From the NCBI GenBank assembly GCA_051746905.1, contig JBNJFO010000001.1, positions 429 through 24,428 on the forward strand: a stretch of 24,000 nt of DNA, in the 5' to 3' direction. Of the stretch, positions 17,904-24,000 are shown piece by piece; the stretch's first letter is position 1; each line of letters starts with the position of its first letter. The position numbers and the translations under genes were made by a program. Source of the DNA: Thermoplasmatota archaeon. GTDB taxonomy: Archaea > Thermoplasmatota > Thermoplasmata > Halarchaeoplasmatales > Halarchaeoplasmataceae. The notes beneath the pieces were generated by a model. The model was given only the letters and a program-made list of their open reading frames with translations. It did no database searches and was not told the origin of the DNA.

Positions 17904-19130
17904 CTAATTCACCCTGAATCGTAAAATGGCTGCGATCCCTCCGAAGGCATCTAAGAGAAGTTCACCTTCTTCGAAATCATCCGAGATCAATTCAACCTCT
18001 GATCCCACCTGTTCAGCTTCCTTGTAGATCTCGTCTATGAAATCTGTTTTTTCCTGGATATCCATATCTGAGCCGCACTCTGGACACTCAATCTCTTTCA
18101 CTTTCCCTCGGACCACCTTCTCTTCCTTGTGTCCGCAGTCGCCGCATTCGTAATCTACCTTCGTCTTGTCGATGCCCTCGGAAATAAGTACGGTATCCAC
18201 TGCTCCCATCATCAGTGCTTTTTTGACATGCTGTTCTCCGTACGTGGCCAGACCTCCGTCGGGTTTCTTTATCTCTTCCATGAGATCTTTGACCAGTTCC
18301 TTCTCCTTCATCACTTCTAGATCTGAAAGAGTATCCCTAGCCTGGTCGACCAACTCTCTGAGACCGTATTCATCGGTGTATCCCGTGTTGAACGTCGAGA
18401 TTATCTTGTTCTTGAGCTCGTGGTGTAGGAAATTGCCTTCGGCGAACTCGTCCTTGGTCCTTCCTGGTCCACCTATCAATAGGCCTTCTAGTTCTTCCTT
18501 AAGGAGTATGTTGTTTGCCTTATCGCCGACCTTTTTGAAATACTGTTTAGCGGCTTCTTCTATCAACCTTTCGAACCTCTGGGCCGACTGACCTCCTTTA
18601 GAGTGCTTGCTCGGGATCATCGATTGTGTGTTCTTGAGAGATTCGATACGGTTCCCATTGAGCATACCGATGGTGGCTTCGCTCCTGTCGACGACTATCA
18701 ACCCGTACTTCTTCTTCTCCCCCATCATGGCTCTTAGGGGTTCTACGTAGAACTCTGAATCACACCTGTAGATGAACGTCTCTACGGGCCGTGGTGGTTC
18801 TATAGACTCGGATATCATCTCGGTTTGATCTCCCTTCGCTGAGATGTGTCCAACGAAGAATATAACCCCGTTCTCCGGCGGCTCTTTGAAGTACTTCAGC
18901 TTGGCTAATATCGACTTGAGGGCGCTCTGTACGTGTTTCTTGGTGTTCTTGGACTTGATGTTAGAGCTCTCCGACATCTCCTCTCTGAGATAAGATGCGA
19001 CATCTGAGATCTGTTTGTCTGGTGGGACGTAGAGTGAGATGAGTTCTGTCCCTCTCCCCTTCAGATCTTTGATATCTTTGAGCGCTTTCTTGAATTCGTA
19101 TTCCTGTTTTTTGGACATATCCTCGGTCAT
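17904..19130 (-). CDS. prf1: Peptide chain release factor aRF1
   Basis: NIKS motif (SESSNIKSKN), GGQ motif (HSKGGQSAQRF), and a C-domain with a CxxC...CxxC mini-domain (CGDCGH...CPECGS). Confidence 0.97.
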   Translation of the reverse strand: MTEDMSKKQEYEFKKALKDIKDLKGRGTELISLYVPPDKQISDVASYLREEMSESSNIKSKNTKKHVQSALKSILAKLKYFKEPPENGVIFFVGHISAKGDQTEMISESIEPPRPVETFIYRCDSEFYVEPLRAMMGEKKKYGLIVVDRSEATIGMLNGNRIESLKNTQSMIPSKHSKGGQSAQRFERLIEEAAKQYFKKVGDKANNILLKEELEGLLIGGPGRTKDEFAEGNFLHHELKNKIISTFNTGYTDEYGLRELVDQARDTLSDLEVMKEKELVKDLMEEIKKPDGGLATYGEQHVKKALMMGAVDTVLISEGIDKTKVDYECGDCGHKEEKVVRGKVKEIECPECGSDMDIQEKTDFIDEIYKEAEQVGSEVELISDDFEEGELLLDAFGGIAAILRFRVN

Positions 19131-19159
19131 AGGTTTCCAGCAATTGAAAAAAGTCGGGT

Positions 19160-19169
19160 ATTAATAAAG
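19160..19169 (-). promoter_or_regulatory. Candidate TATA box for prf1-argS
   Basis: Minus-strand CTTTATTAAT is centred ~35 nt upstream of ATG 19130. Confidence 0.3.
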
Positions 19170-19187
19170 TTTCTTAGTAGAGCCGCA

Positions 19188-19199
19188 AATAATATATCA
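19188..19199 (+). promoter_or_regulatory. Candidate TATA box for the 109-aa membrane protein gene
   Basis: AAATAATATATC is centred ~29 nt upstream of ATG 19222. Confidence 0.3.
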
Positions 19200-19221
19200 A
19201 TCAGCATAGGTATAATCGATA

Positions 19222-19551
19222 ATGACCCAACAACTCAAATTGGCGGTCATCTTTCTTTCGGGACTGTTACTTCTCATGATCTCACCATATTTTCTTATCA
19301 TCGCCGGGATTCCGATGATCTATATCAGCAGGGTCTACTGGAAAAGGGTCGTGACCTCGGAAGAGGACTCTGTTGTCTGCGGTTGCGATTTCTCTGGAGG
19401 GGGTCAGTTGACCAGGGGCCTGCCTAAGAACGCTGGACTCGTTCCTCCCAAAGAAGTCGATGAAGAAGAATACAATATCGGAATCTTGCTGGCATCTATA
19501 GGACTATCGTGGATCGTCATCGGGTTCGCTTATATGTATATCTTCGGCTGA
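19222..19551 (+). CDS. Small hypothetical membrane protein (about 3 TM helices)
   Basis: ATG start. Hydrophobic helices are at the N-terminus (two) and C-terminus (one), with an acidic loop between. I recognise no family. Confidence 0.5.
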   Translation: MTQQLKLAVIFLSGLLLLMISPYFLIIAGIPMIYISRVYWKRVVTSEEDSVVCGCDFSGGGQLTRGLPKNAGLVPPKEVDEEEYNIGILLASIGLSWIVIGFAYMYIFG

Positions 19552-19598
19552 GAACTCCCAACTTTTATAAACAAGGTTAATTTCACCCCTCCGATAAC

Positions 19599-21410
19599 GT
19601 GAAGGCCAGTATCGGTAAGAAAGGAACGGTTTTTATCGCTGTTCTTCTGGTTGTTTTATCAGTGACACCTCCGTTCACTCCTTTGGATGATAGTCGAGGT
19701 TCCGTGATAACTGTTGACGACGATACAGGTGCGGATTACCAGAGCATCCAGGAAGCTGTCGACCATGCATCTGCCGGTGATACTGTGATGATCTACGGCG
19801 GCGTATACGATGGTGGTGTGACTGTGAATAAATCTTTAGAACTGGTCGGGGACAGCAGGGAGAACTCGGTTATCCGGTCAGTCGGTTCGGACTACGGCAT
19901 TAAGATGACTTCAGAAGGCATAGATATCGATAACCTCACTATAAAAGATTTTCAGGTAGGGGTGTGGAGTTGTGATGATCTGGTGAACGTTTCTAGATGC
20001 TCTTTGGTAGATAACTCGAGAGGGATATTTTTAGATGACGTCGATCAAGGGTCGATAAACAATTCAAGTATCGAAAACGGGACGGAGGGTATCTACTCGA
20101 TGAGGGCTGATGAATTATCTCTCGATGATATCACCGCTTTAGAACAGTCAGAGAGAGGTTTTCGTTTTGTGAACTGTTCTTCGACATCTGTGACCAACTG
20201 CATCACCGAGAATTCGGGTTATCACCCTCTTTACATAAGTCAAAGCACCGACTTTTCTGTAGAAAACTGCACATTCAACAGCACTGGAAGAGGCTCTTAC
20301 CTTTACCGTTCTAGGAACATATCTTCTTCGGAAAACCATTTTGAATACGGGGTTAATATCGATGGAGATGAATTAGAGGGGTGGAACAGCCACTCCTTCG
20401 TTAATGACACGGTCAGAGACGGTGAAGTGGTTTATCTGAAGAACCGGCGTGGATCGGATCTACGGGGGGTCCGCGGACAACTAATAGCAGTCAACACTTC
20501 AGATTCGGTATTCTTCGATTCATATCTGAGTGATGTGGAAGCTGGTTTGATATTGGTAAATTCAAGCTTTAATGATATAATCGGAAATACATTCTCTGAA
20601 AATTTTGAAGGTTTTAAACTTTTCAGATCTGAAGGTAACGAAATACACCATAACAATTTCGAGAACAATACAAGACAATTGAACTCTCCAGACGGCTCTT
20701 CACAAACCAACATATGGAGCGACGGACTCGGTGACGGGAACTACTGGGATGATTATGAAGGGTTAGATAACGGCAACGGCGGGAGGTATGTAGGCGACGG
20801 CGTAGGGGATACTGATCTTTCTCACCCTATAGAAGACCACGGTTACGGTTACCATTCACTAGATCCAAACCCGCTTATGAACCGGACGAAGTCCGTGAAC
20901 AGGTCGATTTATCTCGATAAAACGAAGAGTGATTGGCATCTCATCTCCACTGGGATGGTCACAGCTTATGAGGAATTCTATAAACTGCTGGCCAACATCG
21001 AAAAAGACTACGATAAGTTGATGTATTATTCAGCTGAAAAAGACAGATGGCATTCATATTCTGAAGACAGACCCGACCATTTCAACGATATGCCCTCCGT
21101 TAACAGATCTATGGGTTTCTGGATCCACCTGAAGAATTCAACATATCTCAACATCAGCGGAATTAGCTGTGCCAGGACTAAGGTCGATATCCATCCGGGT
21201 TGGAATATTGTTGGGGTGAGTTGTGAGTCGGCGATATCGAATGCAAGTTTACCAGCTTTTGTAGATAAAGCGGGTGTTTACAACTCCTCGAGGGAATACG
21301 ATATCGAGTATCACGGCGGGACGAACCTTACTTTTACTTCAGGCGAGGCCTTCTGGATAAATTCAGGAGCGGAAGAAGTGGAGGATTGGAACCAGGTCTG
21401 GAAAGGATGA
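19599..21410 (+). CDS. Secreted right-handed parallel beta-helix (NosD/pectin-lyase-fold-like) protein
   Basis: GTG start with the TATA-like TTTTATAAA at 19564-19572. The signal/anchor is KKGTVFIAVLLVVLSV. ADYQSIQEAVDHASAGDTVMIYGGVYDGGVTVNKSLELVG is followed by repeated N-x-S/I-x-N beta-helix rungs. Confidence 0.85.
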   Translation: MKASIGKKGTVFIAVLLVVLSVTPPFTPLDDSRGSVITVDDDTGADYQSIQEAVDHASAGDTVMIYGGVYDGGVTVNKSLELVGDSRENSVIRSVGSDYGIKMTSEGIDIDNLTIKDFQVGVWSCDDLVNVSRCSLVDNSRGIFLDDVDQGSINNSSIENGTEGIYSMRADELSLDDITALEQSERGFRFVNCSSTSVTNCITENSGYHPLYISQSTDFSVENCTFNSTGRGSYLYRSRNISSSENHFEYGVNIDGDELEGWNSHSFVNDTVRDGEVVYLKNRRGSDLRGVRGQLIAVNTSDSVFFDSYLSDVEAGLILVNSSFNDIIGNTFSENFEGFKLFRSEGNEIHHNNFENNTRQLNSPDGSSQTNIWSDGLGDGNYWDDYEGLDNGNGGRYVGDGVGDTDLSHPIEDHGYGYHSLDPNPLMNRTKSVNRSIYLDKTKSDWHLISTGMVTAYEEFYKLLANIEKDYDKLMYYSAEKDRWHSYSEDRPDHFNDMPSVNRSMGFWIHLKNSTYLNISGISCARTKVDIHPGWNIVGVSCESAISNASLPAFVDKAGVYNSSREYDIEYHGGTNLTFTSGEAFWINSGAEEVEDWNQVWKG

Positions 21411-21420
21411 GGGTTTGGAG

Positions 21421-21434
21421 GTTTTTGTTTTCTT
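21421..21434 (+). terminator. Oligo-T tract after the beta-helix protein gene
   Basis: GTTTTTGTTTTCTT lies 11 nt after the stop at 21410. Confidence 0.3.
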
Positions 21435-21457
21435 AGTGGGCGAAGTTGGTTGTATTT

Positions 21458-21610
21458 AATTATAGTGAAGACATAACTTCTTAACAATTCGTTATGACGA
21501 ATGGAACTCGTTACACTCGTTCCTTCCATCCTCGACCAAAGGTCTACGGATGTCCTCCACTGCTAGTCAAAGACACAAAAAAATCATCAAAAGTTGTGTC
21601 TTTGACTATA
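21458..21610 (+). repeat. MITE-like repeat, copy 1 (core element 21463-21608 flanked by TA/TA)
   Basis: Identical to 23031-23185 apart from two 1-nt indels. The ~20-nt imperfect terminal inverted repeat is TATAGTGAAGACATAACTT versus the reverse complement of the 3' end, TATAGTCAAAGACACAACTT. An internal 15-bp hairpin spans 21564-21578/21594-21608. Confidence 0.9.
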
Positions 21611-21858
21611 TACCATCCCTCGTTATTCTTCATCGTTACATCGTCCGAATCGAATATCATATCCCAATACATATCGCTGGCATCGATATCTTGAACCCAG
21701 CCTCCGTACTCCTGTTTCGCCTCCACTTCTATACGTCTAATGGGCACCCTTACCCTGTCGTTACTTTTTTCTACTATCTCAAAGAGGAGAAGAAAGAGTA
21801 GATGTTCAGGAAAGTCTAAGAACTTTCCAAATCCCGTCGAGCAGAGTTCGTCACGTTT
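21544..21858 (-). pseudogene. Possible gene remnant whose 3' end runs into repeat copy 1
   Basis: The frame is open from 21858 with no ATG (the tracked start at 21747 is a GTG). The last 22 sense codons and the stop are supplied by the repeat itself, so the native C-terminus appears replaced. Confidence 0.25.
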
Positions 21859-21866
21859 TCACGTAA

Positions 21867-22379
21867 CTAAGAACTGTTTTCGAAGATAGTGGATTTGTTT
21901 TTGAAAACTACATTATCTTTTTCTTCGATTTTTTCTACCATCTTCATCACTTCTCCTTTGCTCAAAAAATCCTTTTTCCACGCTCTTCTAAGCAGTGTTG
22001 GTAGATCGAGATATTTTATCTCGTTTCTCTCACAATAGTTTTTTACTCTGGTCTCGTTGCTCACAAAGATATAACCACGATTCTCACAGACTACAATTGA
22101 TTCTCTTTCTCCTTTACCGAATGAATCGGGTAGTTTTAGATAATCCTTAATCTCTTCTTCATCTATAGAAACAGTGGATATTCTGTCCTTCTCCACGTAT
22201 CCAAAAATAGTTTTTACAAAATCATAACCGATCTCTTCAGCAGTATGTAATTCATGCAAAACCGATGCAGAAAGATACAGTCTTTCCCTCCCGATAACAT
22301 CGAATAGAAAATCAAGATCGTTTATTTTCGCGAATGTAGACCAGATGTTAGTATCGATCAGGACTGGTGTTTTACCCAT
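21867..22379 (-). CDS. PIN-domain toxin (DUF3368/COG2405-like nuclease)
   Basis: N-terminal VLIDTN acidic motif, central GKGERESI, and a C-terminal half like the UPF0175-partnered PIN family. The start is 9 nt after the antitoxin stop. Confidence 0.85.
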   Translation of the reverse strand: MGKTPVLIDTNIWSTFAKINDLDFLFDVIGRERLYLSASVLHELHTAEEIGYDFVKTIFGYVEKDRISTVSIDEEEIKDYLKLPDSFGKGERESIVVCENRGYIFVSNETRVKNYCERNEIKYLDLPTLLRRAWKKDFLSKGEVMKMVEKIEEKDNVVFKNKSTIFENSS

Positions 22380-22388
22380 TATTCCACG

Positions 22389-22706
22389 TCAGTCATCTAA
22401 AATTTCTGACCTATCATCTAGTTCATCTCTATCGTCAACATCTACTTCGATAGGAATCCCTCTATCTTTCAGTATCTCTTTAAAAGAGATCGTGTCCATC
22501 CCTGCTAGTTCAGCAGATTTACTCAACGTAACTCTTCCTTCCTTGTACAATTCGACAGCCGCAGATAGTTTTAAGTTCTGTTTAGTGTCGAACAGTAGTC
22601 GTATCGCATCTCTTACTACATCCGATTTACTGGAATAGTAACCTGCCTTAACTATGGCTTCGATCTCGTCCTCATAAACCTTGGGTATACTGTATGAAGT
22701 CGGCAT
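22389..22706 (-). CDS. Antitoxin with ribbon-helix-helix-like N-terminus plus UPF0175 domain
   Basis: Starts at ATG 22706 (MPTSYSIPKVYEDEIEAIVKAGYYSSKSDVVRDAIRLL...). The UPF0175-like core is AAVELYKEGRVTLSKSAELAGMDTISFKEILKDRGIP. The tracked start at 22802 is an upstream GTG. Confidence 0.85.
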   Translation of the reverse strand: MPTSYSIPKVYEDEIEAIVKAGYYSSKSDVVRDAIRLLFDTKQNLKLSAAVELYKEGRVTLSKSAELAGMDTISFKEILKDRGIPIEVDVDDRDELDDRSEILDD

Positions 22707-22780
22707 TTTATCACTAATTATCGTTAAATGATATTTATAGATAATAAATCTTTCTATTTTATTGTTTCTACCAATAGAAG

Positions 22781-23026
22781 ATGGACATTTTGCCAGCCAC
22801 ACCGACTCCCGGTGAGATGTTGTACTATATCTATGCAGCGGACGTCTACGGGAACGAGAACCAAACCAACGTGTATGAAGTGGACGTGGTCAAGCAACAA
22901 TCTTCCACTCAGGACAAGGAGGGCTTCATCCCTGGCACCAGCCAGACGACTTCGCTTATCCTCCTGATCACCATAGCCGTGATATCCACATTCGCTCTCA
23001 TCATAATAAAGAAGAGAGAAAGTTGA
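22781..23026 (+). pseudogene. Orphan C-terminal fragment of a surface protein (end of an Ig-like domain plus TM anchor plus KKRES)
   Basis: An in-frame stop lies two codons upstream of the ATG. The sequence YYIYAADVYGNENQTNVYEVDVV then SLILLITIAVISTFALIIIKKRES resembles the C-terminal anchors of the large surface proteins here. It is followed 4 nt later by repeat copy 2. Confidence 0.4.
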
Positions 23027-23030
23027 ATGG

Positions 23031-23185
23031 AATTATAGTGGAAGACATAACTTCTTAACAATTCGTTATGACGAATGGAACTCGTTACACTCGTTCCTTC
23101 CATCCTCGACCAAAGGTCTACGGATGTCCTCCACTGCTAGTCAAAGACACAAAAAAAATCATCAAAAGTTGTGTCTTTGACTATA
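23031..23185 (+). repeat. MITE-like repeat, copy 2 (core element 23036-23183 flanked by TA/TA)
   Basis: See copy 1. The 15-bp hairpin arms are at 23138-23152 and 23169-23183. It has one extra G near the 5' end and one extra A in the hairpin loop. Confidence 0.9.
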
Positions 23186-23237
23186 ATTATAAAAAACTTA
23201 TTTTTCTTTTTTCATATTTAACTTACACAACAGAGAT

Positions 23238-23246
23238 ATTATAAAA
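23238..23246 (+). promoter_or_regulatory. Candidate TATA box for pelota
   Basis: ATTATAAAA is centred ~27 nt upstream of ATG 23269. Confidence 0.3.
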
Positions 23247-23268
23247 CACCATTGTAATCCATCCTCAG

Positions 23269-24000
23269 ATGAAGATACTCCACCAAGATAAAAGGCACGG
23301 CCGGATCAAACTCCGCATCGATAACATGGACGACCTCTGGCACCTCAAGAATGTCCTGCAGGAAGGCGATGTAGTCTCAGCCATGACTTTCCGCAGAGAG
23401 GAGACCCAGAGCGACAAATTGAGGTCGGAGAGAGGCGAGAAGAAGCGGATGAGGTTGGATATAGAGGTAGAGAAGGTGGAGTTCCACGAATTCACGGATA
23501 GGTTGAGAGTTTTAGGTGTTATAGTCGAGGGGCCGCAGGACCACGGTTCTTATCACACGCTGAATCTGACCGATGGCGATCAACTAACCATCATCAAGGA
23601 CGAGTGGAAGAAGCACGAGCTGGAAAGGCTGAAGGAAGCCGTCGAACAGAGCGAGAAACCGGTCATAACTTTCGTAGCTATGGAAGATAACGACGCTGTC
23701 ATAGCCATAATGAGGCAATATGGTCTAAAAGAGATGGCCCACGTATCCCCGAACATGGGTGGGAAGATGTACACCGACAATCGGATGTCTAACGAAGAGT
23801 TATTCCAGATCATCCTGGAGAAACTGAAAACCATAATCGAACCCGGTGAACCTCTAGTCATATTAGGACCCGGGTTTACTAAGGAAGATTTTTTCGAATA
23901 TCTAAAAAGAAATGAGCCGGAATACGTGAAACATGCCGAAGTCATCCCCGCGGGAGTCGGGGGAAAGACAGGTATCCACGAGGTCCTTAAGAGTGGCAGG
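23269..24000 (+). CDS. pelA: Pelota (Dom34 homolog, mRNA surveillance / ribosome rescue), 3' end beyond the window
   Basis: My own translation gives MKILHQDKRHGRIKLRIDNMDDLWHLKNVLQEGDVVSAMTFRREE...VILGPGFTKEDF..., which matches the conserved archaeal Pelota N-terminal and central domains. The frame is open for 244 codons to the window end. It is absent from the ORF track because no stop is reached. Confidence 0.93.
   Translation, partial: MKILHQDKRHGRIKLRIDNMDDLWHLKNVLQEGDVVSAMTFRREETQSDKLRSERGEKKRMRLDIEVEKVEFHEFTDRLRVLGVIVEGPQDHGSYHTLNLTDGDQLTIIKDEWKKHELERLKEAVEQSEKPVITFVAMEDNDAVIAIMRQYGLKEMAHVSPNMGGKMYTDNRMSNEELFQIILEKLKTIIEPGEPLVILGPGFTKEDFFEYLKRNEPEYVKHAEVIPAGVGGKTGIHEVLKSGR

Noticed and set aside
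18060-18160. CxxC...CxxC zinc-ribbon insertion in the C-terminal domain of aRF1 (CGDCGH...CPECGS) as a possible novelty
   Set aside because: From memory, many euryarchaeal aRF1 proteins of about 410 aa carry a Cys-rich mini-domain at this position. NIKS and GGQ are intact. I treat it as an ordinary family feature, checkable by alignment.
21311-21529. Two minus-strand ORFs (the second at 22909-23103) sharing the N-terminus MEGTSVTSSIRHNELLRSYVF, which could look like a duplicated small gene
   Set aside because: The shared part is only the ~24 codons inside the repeat. The frames diverge at the 1-nt indel and repeat boundary into unrelated sequence, and one overlaps the 3' end of the 603-aa gene. 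This is best explained as chance ORFs in a non-coding repeat.
21458-23185. Whether the two repeats are a CRISPR array or a tRNA/att duplication
   Set aside because: There are only two copies, each ~153 nt long and 1.4 kb apart, which is not CRISPR geometry. I could find no cloverleaf, T-loop or anticodon-arm arrangement, and no integrase gene is present.
1-24000. Assigning the window to a specific lineage (e.g. Nanohaloarchaeota or Poseidoniales) from the acidic proteome and ~45% GC
   Set aside because: A hand count gives a net charge of about -15 in the first 100 residues of ArgRS, which suggests a halophilic or marine archaeon. Without database searches this is not enough to name a taxon.

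Overview
This is an archaeal chromosomal segment. Evidence: aRF1, Pelota, FlaI/FlaJ-type pilus genes, TATA boxes about 27-35 nt upstream of first-gene start codons, and GGTGAT-type Shine-Dalgarno sites inside operons. GC is roughly mid-40s percent and the proteins are strongly acidic. I cannot name the lineage from sequence alone.

Content from left to right:
- A 5'-truncated giant surface protein. Its cytoplasmic tail carries three zinc ribbons and a poly-lysine end.
- A minus-strand type IV filament-like operon ordered ATPase, half-platform, half-platform, ATPase, pilin-like protein.
- A four-gene operon with two MgtE-type membrane halves and two PhoU+TrkA_C proteins.
- A BASS/SBF-like transporter and a small basic zinc-finger ORF.
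- A 971-aa surface protein with CarboxypepD_reg-like, PKD and CARDB repeats.
- Housekeeping genes prf1 (aRF1) and argS.
- A small membrane protein and a NosD-like beta-helix secreted protein.
- A roughly 1.7 kb junk or accessory patch. Two direct copies of a ~153-nt MITE-like element with 20-nt terminal inverted repeats flank an AT-rich PIN/UPF0175 toxin-antitoxin cassette and two gene remnants.
- The 5' part of pelota.

No rRNA, tRNA or CRISPR array was recognised. The most unusual items are the two-ATPase split-platform pilus operon, the MITE-flanked cassette, and the zinc-ribbon/poly-Lys cytoplasmic tail.
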